From the NCBI GenBank assembly GCA_965602015.1, contig OZ271918.1, positions 2,848,001-2,912,000 of the forward strand: 64,000 nt of DNA. Direction: 5' to 3'. The notes under the pieces were generated by a model. The model saw only the letters and a program-made list of their open reading frames with translations, made no database searches and had not been told where the DNA came from. A program made the translations under genes and the position numbers. Below, one piece after another: positions 48,718 to 58,301 of this stretch; within the stretch, counting starts at the first letter, position 1, and every line of letters starts with the position of its first letter. The stretch comes from Salinispira sp. GTDB lineage: Bacteria > Spirochaetota > Spirochaetia > DSM-27196 > Salinispiraceae.

Positions 48718-50760
48718 TTAATTACTGAAGTGAGATCTCCAAGTGGTATATAAACCTTGCGCAGAGGCGACGCCGTCCCGGTAGGCGACGATGTAAAAAC
48801 GGTATTCGCCAAATTCATTCAAGCCAGGATCAAAACCAACATCACGAACAGTGAAATTACCATTACCAGTAACATCATTGATGAGATGACCGGCGAGATC
48901 AGGTGCCCCATTGAAGTCTGTATCGACCTGTAAATGAACTTCGTACCAGTCGGATCCGGGCTTAGACCCCCAAGTGATATGAAAGAAATATCCGTTCTGG
49001 GATGTATACTCTCTCACAACCGAGGGTGCCGGCGGGGCGATTCCCCAGGTTCGGCCCTGATCGGGGTCGCTCATGGGATAGGTATCGGTTCCAACGGTGG
49101 CGCTGACCCGGTAGTAATAAGTCGATGCCGAGCTCAGAGATGAGTCGACGTAACTTTCTGCCACAGCGGTACCGATTTCCGTGTAGCTGCCGCCCTCAGA
49201 GGTGGATCGGTAAACTGTGTAGGAATCGGCGCCCGGAAAGGCGTCCCAGCTGATATGTATCTCATAGAGTTCGGTTTCGTTGCTCGCCGAAACTCCGCCG
49301 ACCTTTCCGGTGATGGTGGTATCCGCCGAATCGGTAAATGTCTCACCGACACCGTCCACGAAGGTCACCCGGTAGACATAGCTGCCGCCGATGACCGCCG
49401 TGTCATCGGTGAAGCTCCGGGTGCTGGCATCAACGGTTCCCAAAACGCTGTACGACGGCGTCACGAATGCCAGCGTACGCTCAATTCGCGCTTGAACCGA
49501 GGAAGGCCATGTGCTGCTGTAATACCAGGAAACTTCGGCTGTCCCTCCGGACTCGCCGACGGCGACGTCCTCAGGCGCGGTGAGAACCCGTCCGGCAGCG
49601 GTACTGCTGGCGGACGATTCCCGACTGCCCAGGACCGTAATAACCTTGTAATACCGCCGGTCGCCCGGTGCAGGTTCAGTATCAATAAAAGAGGGGCTGT
49701 CCACCGTCGCCACAAGGTAGGAACTGGAAGTGCTCACATAGGACGAGGTGTTCCGGTAAATCTCGTAGCTTACCCCCGGTTCGTCGATACCCGTCCAGGA
49801 AAGCATGAGGTCCTTGCCGTCAGCGCTGGTGTTCACCATCAGGTCGGTGGGCACGGGAACTACCGGGAAGGTCACCTGAATCGACGAGGACATGGAACTC
49901 GAGTCGCCGTTGGCCCGGTACGCCCGTACCGCATAATAGGCCCTGGTGCCGCCTGGCAGGGCAGTATCGGTAAAGCTGGTGCCGGAAACATCGGCCATCA
50001 ACAGGTCTGATTCGGAAAGCGAAGAATAGCTGTCCCGGTAGACCGAATAGCTCACCGCTCCGTCAACCGGATCCCAGCTTAGTTCGACCTCGGAGTAACT
50101 GGCGCTGACCTCTACGAGATTTTGGGGCCGGGGAAGGGCGCTCATGCTCCCGTCAACTCTGTCGCTGGCATCCCCTTCCTGGTCGCCGGCGAATGCGCTG
50201 ACCGCATAGTAGTATGTCGATTGGCTGGCGCCGTAGATAACGTACTCGGGTGAGGTTACCTCGGCAATGAAACTGTAATTATCTTCATTGGTCCATGAGC
50301 TTGAGCTGCCGGCTACCCGGTAACCCGAAACGCCGCTTATGCTGTCCCAGCTGAGATGGACATCGCTGCCGATAATTTCGGCGGTGAGCCCGGTAACCTG
50401 GGGGATCCTGGGTGATGCCGACACTGTCTCACTGGCTGCGCTCTCGAAGCCTCCCGAATATGCAGTGATGTAATAATGGTACTCCGAGCCGATACTCACT
50501 TCCGTATCTTCATAGTACTCTTCCCAGGAATCCAGGGTCTGCAGCAATGAGTAGGACCCGTCGGTTCCCGCAGAGCGGTACACATAATAGCCTTCGCTCT
50601 GGTAGTCGCCATACCAGGACAGATAAATAGCCCCCTCCCGGGCTTCGGCATACACGCTGTATGGGGCTTCGAGCTCGACCAGGTCGGGCAATAGAAAGTT
50701 ACATCCTGCGGACATAAATGCCCCAAGGGCAAAGAGAAAGAGGAAAAATCTGGATTTCAT
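48718..50760 (-). CDS. fibronectin type III repeat lipoprotein
   Basis: Lipobox SAGC; repeated LSW...Y.VYR...Y.D...Y.Y.V.A modules. Confidence 0.85.
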   Translation of the reverse strand: MKSRFFLFLFALGAFMSAGCNFLLPDLVELEAPYSVYAEAREGAIYLSWYGDYQSEGYYVYRSAGTDGSYSLLQTLDSWEEYYEDTEVSIGSEYHYYITAYSGGFESAASETVSASPRIPQVTGLTAEIIGSDVHLSWDSISGVSGYRVAGSSSSWTNEDNYSFIAEVTSPEYVIYGASQSTYYYAVSAFAGDQEGDASDRVDGSMSALPRPQNLVEVSASYSEVELSWDPVDGAVSYSVYRDSYSSLSESDLLMADVSGTSFTDTALPGGTRAYYAVRAYRANGDSSSMSSSIQVTFPVVPVPTDLMVNTSADGKDLMLSWTGIDEPGVSYEIYRNTSSYVSTSSSYLVATVDSPSFIDTEPAPGDRRYYKVITVLGSRESSASSTAAGRVLTAPEDVAVGESGGTAEVSWYYSSTWPSSVQARIERTLAFVTPSYSVLGTVDASTRSFTDDTAVIGGSYVYRVTFVDGVGETFTDSADTTITGKVGGVSASNETELYEIHISWDAFPGADSYTVYRSTSEGGSYTEIGTAVAESYVDSSLSSASTYYYRVSATVGTDTYPMSDPDQGRTWGIAPPAPSVVREYTSQNGYFFHITWGSKPGSDWYEVHLQVDTDFNGAPDLAGHLINDVTGNGNFTVRDVGFDPGLNEFGEYRFYIVAYRDGVASAQGLYTTWRSHFSN

Positions 50761-50790
50761 GGGGTACCGTTCCTTGTTTCTGTTTTTTAG

Positions 50791-50819
50791 ATAGTACCAG
50801 TGGAGTAAATGCCCGTCAA
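50791..50819 (-). promoter_or_regulatory. sigma70 promoter of the FN3 lipoprotein
   Basis: TTGACG-17-TACTAT with extended TG. Confidence 0.65.
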
Positions 50820-50832
50820 CTATTGAGCGAAC

Positions 50833-51201
50833 TTATTCGTCGGGGTCGACGCAGCCCGGATCTTCGGGCTGAAACAGCCCTTCGAGGAAGCGGATGATCT
50901 GCAGTATGCGGTCGTCCTTCAACCGGTAATGAATCTGTTTGCCCCGGCGTTCTTTATCCAGGTAGCCCGCCATCCACATCATCTTTAATTGCTGGCTGAC
51001 GTTGGATGTATTGGCTCCGCAGATCTCCACCAGCTGGGAAACCGTGAAGGGCTGCTCGGACAGGGCGCAGAGAATGTGGAAGCGCACCGGATTTGACATG
51101 GTCCCGATGACCTGTTCAACCCGTGAGCAGCGAATGTCCGCAAAGCGCGCCTTTATATGCTTAATCACATTCCCCGCGTCACCTGTCTGATTTACTTCCA
51201 T
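50833..51201 (-). CDS. ArsR/SmtB-family regulator (BigR/SqrR-like)
   Basis: NPVR..ILC.L, VSQQL, R.GKQI.Y; overlaps the nfnB stop. Confidence 0.85.
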   Translation of the reverse strand: MEVNQTGDAGNVIKHIKARFADIRCSRVEQVIGTMSNPVRFHILCALSEQPFTVSQLVEICGANTSNVSQQLKMMWMAGYLDKERRGKQIHYRLKDDRILQIIRFLEGLFQPEDPGCVDPDE

Positions 51202-52715
51202 TTTCCATCCTTGAGATCCCGGGTAATTGCCTCCGCAGCCCGGCGACCTTCGCCCATGGCGAGGATTACCGTCGCTGCTCCCAGGACAATGTCGCCTCCG
51301 GCATACACGCGGTCCATGGTGCTGCGGTTCTCTTCATCGACCACAATATTGCCCCATTTATTGGTACCCAGATCCTCTGTGGTCTGCCGGATAAGGGGGT
51401 TGCTCACATTGCCGAGGGCGGGGATGACCGTATCCATTTCAAGCTCGAATTCGCTGTTTTCAATCGGCACGGGCCGACGCCGGCCGGAGTCATCGGGTTC
51501 GCCGAGCTCGTACTTTTGAACCTCTATGGCCCGGACCTTGCCCTCTTCGTCGCCGAGAATCCGGGTGGGGTTGTGGAGAAAGTGGAAGCGTATACCCTCT
51601 TCCATGGCATGCTCAATCTCCTCGGCGCGGGCGGGCATTTCTTTCCTGGTTCTACGGTAAATCACATTGACCTCTTCGGCTCCCAGGCGAAGGGCCATTC
51701 GGGCGGCGTCCATGGCGACATTGCCTCCGCCGAGCACCGCAACCTTTTTCGACGGATAAATCGGCGTGTCCACGTGATCCCTGTCATAGGCCTTCATGAG
51801 ATTGCTGCGGGTGAGGTACTCGTTTGCGGAAAAAACCCCGACCAGGTTTTCACCGGGAATGTTCATAAACCGCGGCAGTCCTGCGCCGGAGCCGATAAAA
51901 ATCGCATCAAATCCGTCCTTTTTTATCAGATCTTCAATAGTGCGGGTTCTGCCGATGAGAAAATTCAGGTGAAAGGTGACGCCCATAGCCTCCAGGGTGG
52001 CGATTTCCTTCTCCACTATGGCCTTGGGCAGACGAAACTCGGGAATTCCGTAGATCATGACCCCGCCGGGTTTGTGGAAGGCCTCGAAAATTTCAACCTG
52101 GTGTCCCGCCTTGCGAAGATCCGCCGCCGCCGTGAGTCCCGCGGGTCCCGATCCCACAACCCCGACCTTGAAGCCCGTGTCGGGGCCGGTTTCAGGAACG
52201 CTGACCGTACCATGCTCCCGTTCCCAATCCGCAACATAGCGCTCGATGCGACCGATGGCCACGGACTTCATCGGATCTTTGAGACTCTTGCCGACGGTGC
52301 AGTACTCCATGCATTGAACTTCCTGCGGACAGACCCGGCCGCAGATTGCCGGGAGTAGGCTGCTGGCCTTTATGGCGTTAACAGACCCCTGGAAGTCGCC
52401 GTCCAGAGCCTTTTGAATGAAGGCCGGAATGTCGATGGAAACCGGGCAGCCCTTTATGCAGGGGGCGGTCTTGCACTGGAGGCAGCGGAGGGCTTCAACC
52501 TTCACCTGGTCTTCAAAATAGCCCAGGGCAACCTCGCTTTGGTTTTTCCCCCGCTCTACCGGGTCCTGGGCGGGCATGTCCATCTGGGGCAGCGAGATTC
52601 GGTCCTTTACCTTCAGCTCGTCCTGACGGCCGCCGAACTCGCTCCAGAGTTTTTTCGCCTCTCCGGCAAGGGCTTCAGGGGTTTTATATTCGTGGCTTTC
52701 CATTGCAGTGCTCAT
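51192..52715 (-). CDS. nfnB: NfnB/SudA large subunit (GltD-like) of electron-bifurcating transhydrogenase
   Basis: RCLQC...C...CP, CGRVCPQE.QC, GSGPAG, GGGNVAMD, YRR; adjacent to nfnA. Confidence 0.88.
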   Translation of the reverse strand: MSTAMESHEYKTPEALAGEAKKLWSEFGGRQDELKVKDRISLPQMDMPAQDPVERGKNQSEVALGYFEDQVKVEALRCLQCKTAPCIKGCPVSIDIPAFIQKALDGDFQGSVNAIKASSLLPAICGRVCPQEVQCMEYCTVGKSLKDPMKSVAIGRIERYVADWEREHGTVSVPETGPDTGFKVGVVGSGPAGLTAAADLRKAGHQVEIFEAFHKPGGVMIYGIPEFRLPKAIVEKEIATLEAMGVTFHLNFLIGRTRTIEDLIKKDGFDAIFIGSGAGLPRFMNIPGENLVGVFSANEYLTRSNLMKAYDRDHVDTPIYPSKKVAVLGGGNVAMDAARMALRLGAEEVNVIYRRTRKEMPARAEEIEHAMEEGIRFHFLHNPTRILGDEEGKVRAIEVQKYELGEPDDSGRRRPVPIENSEFELEMDTVIPALGNVSNPLIRQTTEDLGTNKWGNIVVDEENRSTMDRVYAGGDIVLGAATVILAMGEGRRAAEAITRDLKDGKWK

Positions 52716-52793
52716 TATTATGTTCCTCTTTTGAACGCGCCGAAAGGTCGGTAGGCAATGCTCCGGCCGGCTCGGCATCTGTTGTCCGCCGGA

Positions 52794-53684
52794 TTATCCG
52801 GCGTTACCCGCTGCGGCAGGGGATTTTCCCGCTTCGATCCTGCCCTCCGCATTGCCCTTGAGCCCGATATTGCATTTATGGGCCGCTTCCTGCTCGTGCT
52901 TCTTGTAGGCTTTCTGACGGAGCATCATGTTGTCGAAATCAACAAGGTGAGCGTCGAATTCGGGCCCGTCGACGCAGACGAACTTTGTCTCCTCACCGAC
53001 GGTAACCCGGCAGCCCCCGCACATTCCCGTGCCGTCGACCATAATCGTATTGAGGGAGACCAAGGTGTGGACTCCAAAGGGCCGGGTGGTTTCGGCGCAG
53101 AATTTCATCATTATCGGAGGGCCGATGGCGACCACTTCAGCCGGAACGCCGGCTTCGCAGAGCTCCTTGAGGGGCTCGGTCACCAAAGCTTTTCGGCCGT
53201 AGCTACCGTCATCGGTGCAAATAATCACCTCGTCCGACCAGGTATTCATCTCGTCTTCCATGATCAACAGGTCGCGATTCCTGGCGCCCATGATGGTGAT
53301 GACCTTGTTGCCAGCTTTTTTATAGGCCTGAACGATGGGATGCATGGGCGCAACGCCTATTCCGCCGCCCACGCAGACCACGGTCCCCAGCTTTTCTATT
53401 TTCGTCGGGGTGCCCAGGGGACCGAGAACGTTTTTGATATGATCGCCTTCGTTCAGGGCCGCCAGGTTCATGGTGGTCTTGCCAACCGCCTGGAAAATAA
53501 TCGTGATGGTGCCGGCGTTTTCGTCGGCATCAGCGATGGTAAGGGGGATGCGCTCCCCGAAATTAGTGTCGAGCTGAATAATGAGGAATTGCCCGGCTTT
53601 CCGGCCTTCGGCGATAAACGGCGCTTCAAACACCATTTTGAATACGTCGGCGGAAAGCTGTTCCTTTTTTACGATCTTGTTCAT
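52794..53684 (-). CDS. nfnA: NfnA/SudB small subunit
   Basis: ERIPLTI, GPLG, GGG.G.AP, MVDGTGMCGGCRV ...CVDGPEF. Confidence 0.9.
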   Translation of the reverse strand: MNKIVKKEQLSADVFKMVFEAPFIAEGRKAGQFLIIQLDTNFGERIPLTIADADENAGTITIIFQAVGKTTMNLAALNEGDHIKNVLGPLGTPTKIEKLGTVVCVGGGIGVAPMHPIVQAYKKAGNKVITIMGARNRDLLIMEDEMNTWSDEVIICTDDGSYGRKALVTEPLKELCEAGVPAEVVAIGPPIMMKFCAETTRPFGVHTLVSLNTIMVDGTGMCGGCRVTVGEETKFVCVDGPEFDAHLVDFDNMMLRQKAYKKHEQEAAHKCNIGLKGNAEGRIEAGKSPAAAGNAG

Positions 53685-53800
53685 ATGATCCCTTGCCTCC
53701 TGTGAGGTTTCCCGGACCCTGGTTCCTGGTACGCAAATCCAGCCGGGGAAACCGCCGGTCTCTCGGTTAGAGTAACACGGCCCGGAAAACTGCGCCCCAA

Positions 53801-55594
53801 CTATTTGATAGGCCTATTTGTCAGGTATAAATCAATTCCCTTGGCGGCCGAGTGTCCGTTGGCGATGGCGCTGATGGCATCCCGTTTCCAGTTGGTTATG
53901 TCCCCCCCGGCGAAAATCTTTTCATCGCCGGTGCGTTTATACTCGTCAACTTCGACTATTCCGCCTTTGGGAAAGACCAGATTCGCCGCAATCTCCTCGG
54001 GGATAAAGCTGTAATCCGCCGCCTGGCCGATGGCCGGAATCACCGTATCGCATTCGATGAGCTCTTCGCTGCCCTCGATGAGTTGGGGCCGCGGCCGTCC
54101 GCCGCGGGGATCGGCGACCATTTCAGCCTTGCCCCAGTAGAGTTTGAGTCGGGTCCCGCCCTGAGTCGGATCACCCTTTTCAATCCTCAAGGGAATGGCC
54201 TGGGTGGTGAGAACACAGCCCTCTCCCTGACTTTCGTGAATTTCCTCTTCATCGGCGGGCATGTCTTCCTCCCGCCGGCGGTACAGGATGGTAACCTCGG
54301 CGCCGTACCGTCGACTGGTGCGTGCAGCGTCCATCGCCACGTTACCTCCACCAACCACCACGACGGATTTTCCGATGTCGGGGGTGACGCCGTTGGTCAC
54401 ATCGTCGAGGATCTTTAAACCGGAAATCACCCCTTTGTTTTCCTCACCGGCGATATTCAATCCGTAGGGGTCGTTAAGGCCCGTCGAAAAAAAGATCGCG
54501 TCGTGCTTATCGTAGATATCCTTGAAATCCACATCGACGCCGATGCGCAGATTTTGCTCAATGACAACTCCCAGGCTTCGGATATACTCAACATCCTTGT
54601 CCACCTGATCATAGGGTAGCCGGTACTCCGGGATGCCGTAGCGAAGCATGCCGCCGGCTTTTTCGTTGGCGTCGTACACTGTTACGTCATAGCCCAGAAG
54701 CCGCAGGTAGTATGCCGCCGCCAGACCGCCCGGTCCCGAACCGACGACTCCGATATGCTTTCCGTTGGGCTTCTCTCCGCTTTCCAGAATGCCCTGGTAA
54801 TCATTGAGATAGATTTGATCGACGATGTATCGCTTGAGCCATCGAATACTGATGGCTTCGCCCTTGTGTTTTACCGTGCAGACGTGTTCGCAGGAATGGG
54901 AACACACCCGTCCGCAGCTTGCCGGAAGAGGATTGGCGTTGTACACCACTTTCAAACCTTCGCCCATATCGTCCTTCCTGATTGCATCGATGTACGCCGG
55001 AACGTCCATGTGGGCCGGACAGGTGGCGATGCAGATACCGCAGGCTATGCAGCGGTCGGCCTCTTCCATGGCCTGTTCCTTACTGTACCCCTGCACCATT
55101 TCGACAAAGCTCTTTTGGCTTTCTTCGAAGGAGAGCATGGGCATTTCAACCCGCTTGCCTTCGAGAAGTTCGTAGCCCGGAGCCCGAAAGTAACCTTTCT
55201 CGTCGTTATCCCAGGGCTTGGCGTCATGGCCGGGAACAAAGCGGAACACTTCGGGGTCGCTGTCTATCCAGACATACTCATTGCTCATGCCCAGGCTGCC
55301 GGTGGGGCAAACATCCACGCAGAGGGCGCACCAGCAGCAGCGGCCGTAATCTACCTTCGGGCGCAAACCGGAGTCGCCATGCCGGGCATCCCTGACCGGA
55401 ACCAGATCGATGGCCTCGTTCTGACAGATAGTTTCGCAGGTGCCGCAGCCGACGCATTTGTCGATATCATTTTGATGAAAGCCCCGGTACCGGTCTGCTC
55501 CGGGACGGGTTTCAAGCGGCCGGCGGTTTGTATAGGGCTTGGCAAAGGCGCGCTTCCACACGGAAAACGGCGCAACTATATCTTTCAAACTCAT
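53801..55594 (-). CDS. NuoI/MbxN-like ferredoxin domain fused to a GltD-like FAD/NADPH oxidoreductase
   Basis: RYRGFH, CVGCGTC...C and CCWCALC...CP clusters, then RCIAC..C...CP, CGRVC, GSGPGG, GGGNVAMD, YRRR. Confidence 0.88.
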   Translation of the reverse strand: MSLKDIVAPFSVWKRAFAKPYTNRRPLETRPGADRYRGFHQNDIDKCVGCGTCETICQNEAIDLVPVRDARHGDSGLRPKVDYGRCCWCALCVDVCPTGSLGMSNEYVWIDSDPEVFRFVPGHDAKPWDNDEKGYFRAPGYELLEGKRVEMPMLSFEESQKSFVEMVQGYSKEQAMEEADRCIACGICIATCPAHMDVPAYIDAIRKDDMGEGLKVVYNANPLPASCGRVCSHSCEHVCTVKHKGEAISIRWLKRYIVDQIYLNDYQGILESGEKPNGKHIGVVGSGPGGLAAAYYLRLLGYDVTVYDANEKAGGMLRYGIPEYRLPYDQVDKDVEYIRSLGVVIEQNLRIGVDVDFKDIYDKHDAIFFSTGLNDPYGLNIAGEENKGVISGLKILDDVTNGVTPDIGKSVVVVGGGNVAMDAARTSRRYGAEVTILYRRREEDMPADEEEIHESQGEGCVLTTQAIPLRIEKGDPTQGGTRLKLYWGKAEMVADPRGGRPRPQLIEGSEELIECDTVIPAIGQAADYSFIPEEIAANLVFPKGGIVEVDEYKRTGDEKIFAGGDITNWKRDAISAIANGHSAAKGIDLYLTNRPIK

Positions 55595-55685
55595 GTGCTT
55601 ATCTCCTCGTATCTACAGGCTCGATGCCTGAGGGTTGGGGAACCGGACCCCGATGGGCATTCGCCGCAGCGGCCGGAAACCCGCC

Positions 55686-56879
55686 TCAACGCTCAACCTC
55701 GGGCGGATAGGTGTGCAGGGACACCATAAGGCCCGCGGTATCGGCGATGTTCACACCGATGGACAGCCGCTCCATGAGGGCAACCGCATGGGTGTAGCTG
55801 GGTCCGCGAACGTAGATCCTCCGGGGTTTGTCGCTACCGTCTGTGTTCAAATAAAATCCGTACTCCCCCCTGGTACATTCAGCCTTGCGGTAGGTCTGGC
55901 CGGCTTCGATGCGCCAGTGAAGCACGTTGGGAAGCTGGGTATGGAACTCTCCCTGCCCTGAGCGACTGTCGAGGTGATCCATGATTTGGCGCATAAGATC
56001 GATCGACTGGTACATTTCCCGCAGCCGGACCCGGGCGCGGGCGAAGGCGTCGCCGCCGTCCTCGGTAATTATGTCAAAATCGAGGCGGTCGTATACGCCG
56101 TAGGGCTGGTCCTTCCTCAGGTCGCGGCGGATGCCCGAAGCCCGGGCATTGGGGCCGGTTATTCCGTAGGCGTCGATCATTTCCGGTTCGATGATGCCGA
56201 GTTTCTTCGCCCGGGCCTTAAATACCGCATTGTGGAACATGGCCAGTTCCACATCGTCCAGGGTGCCCTGGACAGTATCCAGAGTTTCCCGCAGACGCTT
56301 GGTCCAACCGATGGGCAGGTCGGCCCGGACGCCGCCGGGAATCATGTACATATGATAAATCCGGCCACCGGAGACTTCCTCGAAGCGGTCCAGCATGTAG
56401 TCCCGCATGGTGACCGTCCATTGGCCCAGGGTTCCCATACCGAATGAACCGGCCTGACCGCCAAGCCACATGAGGAAACTGGTCAGCCGGGACATTTCGA
56501 GTTGGAGGGTCCTTATCCATTTGGCGCGCTCGGGAATCGAAACCCCGGCGAGCTCTTCGGTGACCTCCGCAAAGAGGTACTCGTTAAAGTCCGGCTCGGG
56601 TACTGCGATGCGGCACACGATGGGAAAGCACTGAATGAATTTTCGCCGCTCCATCAGCTTCTCGAAACCCCGGTGCAGATAGCCGACGTGGGTGGTGCAT
56701 TCGACGATTTCCTCGCCGCAGGTGACCAGCTCCAGGCTCATATTGCCGGTAATGCCCGGGTGTTGGGGTCCCTGCCAGACCTTGAGATACTTGCCGCTCT
56801 CCAGGTCGAAGCTCGCCTTTCCGTTTACCAAAGGCGGCAATTTGGGATCGCTATTTATATTCGCCAGATTACTTACCAT
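55686..56879 (-). CDS. nuoD: NuoD/MbxL-like subunit
   Basis: GPQHPG, GYLHRGFEK, PGGV..DL, GPNARASG, RGE.G, RGPS. Confidence 0.9.
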   Translation of the reverse strand: MVSNLANINSDPKLPPLVNGKASFDLESGKYLKVWQGPQHPGITGNMSLELVTCGEEIVECTTHVGYLHRGFEKLMERRKFIQCFPIVCRIAVPEPDFNEYLFAEVTEELAGVSIPERAKWIRTLQLEMSRLTSFLMWLGGQAGSFGMGTLGQWTVTMRDYMLDRFEEVSGGRIYHMYMIPGGVRADLPIGWTKRLRETLDTVQGTLDDVELAMFHNAVFKARAKKLGIIEPEMIDAYGITGPNARASGIRRDLRKDQPYGVYDRLDFDIITEDGGDAFARARVRLREMYQSIDLMRQIMDHLDSRSGQGEFHTQLPNVLHWRIEAGQTYRKAECTRGEYGFYLNTDGSDKPRRIYVRGPSYTHAVALMERLSIGVNIADTAGLMVSLHTYPPEVER

Positions 56880-57415
56880 TTCTCAGCCTCCGAGGGGTAC
56901 AGTTCTTTCCTCATGTGTTCCCGGGGGTCGTGGGTTACCCGTCCGGGACGCTCGTAAAAGGTCTCTTCGGAATACTTCCGGGTATCGAAGTCCCTCCGCA
57001 TTGGAGGCAGGCCCTCCCAGCCCTCGAGAATGAAATTCTCGCCCACCCTCGGACTGCCGGGAAAATTGACGCCGAACATCTCAAACAATTCCTGCTCATA
57101 TGTGACTGCAGCGGGCCAAAGATGATGTATGCTGTCCGCCTCTGCCCGCTCCCTGTCGATGGGCACGGTGATGCAGAGGTCAAGTTTGGCGTCATAACTA
57201 TGGAGCATGTACTTCAGATCGAACTTCCCCTCCTCGATGCGGTCGACCGCAGAGAAAAAACTCAAATGGGTGAAGCCCTCAAGCTGCTTCAGGTGAGTGA
57301 TCAGAGCCACAGCATCGGACTGATCGACGACGATGAAGGCCTGATCCTCCCGCTGGCGGTGCACCTGGGTGATTCCGAAGCGCAGCGCCAGCCTGTTGAA
57401 AAATTCCTGTTTCAT
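56873..57415 (-). CDS. nuoC: NuoC/MbxK-like subunit
   Basis: SI..LWP.A..YE.E..EMFG..FPG, PPMRRDF. Confidence 0.9.
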   Translation of the reverse strand: MKQEFFNRLALRFGITQVHRQREDQAFIVVDQSDAVALITHLKQLEGFTHLSFFSAVDRIEEGKFDLKYMLHSYDAKLDLCITVPIDRERAEADSIHHLWPAAVTYEQELFEMFGVNFPGSPRVGENFILEGWEGLPPMRRDFDTRKYSEETFYERPGRVTHDPREHMRKELYPSEAEKW

Positions 57416-57436
57416 ATCCGGTTCTCCTCGCTCCGC

Positions 57437-58291
57437 CTACCAGTTGTAGTCCGGCATATTCCAGTCTTTGATGATCCGCTTCTGGTTGGCTTTGTACCAA
57501 TCGAAATTCTCGGCGTAGAGGTTCGCCCCCTCGCCCTTGCCGTCGCGGATCCTGTTCTTTAGCTGATTGATTCCCGCAAGGAGCGCCTCGGGACGGGGCA
57601 TGCAGCCGGTGACGTACACGTCCACCGGTATGTAGTGATCCAAACGGTTTACCGTATTGTAGCTGTCCCAGTACATTCCGCCGTTAATGGTGCAGCTTCC
57701 AAGGCCCATGACGAATTTCGGTCCCTGCATCTGCTCATAGGATCGGACGATGCGCTTCATGGTTTTTACGCTGGCATATCCGCCGATGATAAACAGGCCG
57801 GACTGACGGGGAGTGGGCCGGGCCTGGACCCCGTACTGATACATGTCGAAGCGGCTGGTCATCAGGGGGCGCAATTCGATTGCGCCGCATCCCGTTCCGA
57901 AGCCCAGAATCCACAGGGATTCGCTCCGCGCCCAGTTCAGGAAGTTTTCCCAGATGCCCCGGAAGGGCTTGGCGACTTCGGGCTTTTGGTCGCAGAAATG
58001 CATGCGGTCCCAGTCGGGCAGGTCCCGGTTCAGCAGGCGGCCGTTTTCATCATAGAGAGGAACGTTTTCACCGCCGGCTGCCCAGAGGTCGGCCTGTCGG
58101 GACCGATGGTCGGCGGAATTGCCGTCGGCCCATTTTTTCGGCAGGGTCCTCAGGTCGGGGTTTTCCACCGGGGTTCCCAGGTAGTTTGTCATATCGGGAA
58201 TGCGGGAACCGTGGACCTCGGGGGTTGCCAGGGGATTGCCCGCTTTGCTCAGACGCTGTCCGTCATGGTCTTTTACCAGTTCAGTACTCAC
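57437..58291 (-). CDS. nuoB: NuoB/MbxJ-like Fe-S subunit with N-terminal extension
   Basis: WARS.SLW, TGCGAIE, PRQ, GSC..NGG, GCMPRPE. Confidence 0.9.
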   Translation of the reverse strand: MSTELVKDHDGQRLSKAGNPLATPEVHGSRIPDMTNYLGTPVENPDLRTLPKKWADGNSADHRSRQADLWAAGGENVPLYDENGRLLNRDLPDWDRMHFCDQKPEVAKPFRGIWENFLNWARSESLWILGFGTGCGAIELRPLMTSRFDMYQYGVQARPTPRQSGLFIIGGYASVKTMKRIVRSYEQMQGPKFVMGLGSCTINGGMYWDSYNTVNRLDHYIPVDVYVTGCMPRPEALLAGINQLKNRIRDGKGEGANLYAENFDWYKANQKRIIKDWNMPDYNW

Positions 58292-58301
58292 ATTTCACTC
58301 C

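Noticed and set aside
48718..49020. DGR variable region
   Set aside because: No reverse transcriptase or template repeat is present in the window; the downstream hairpin is explained as a terminator.
51192..55594. Glutamate synthase small subunits (gltD)
   Set aside because: There is no gltB. One copy is paired with nfnA and the other is fused to a NuoI-like domain.
55686..56879. Group 4 NiFe hydrogenase large subunit or canonical complex I
   Set aside because: It lacks both CxxC motifs. There is no NuoEFG/NuoA, and Mrp-type subunits are present.
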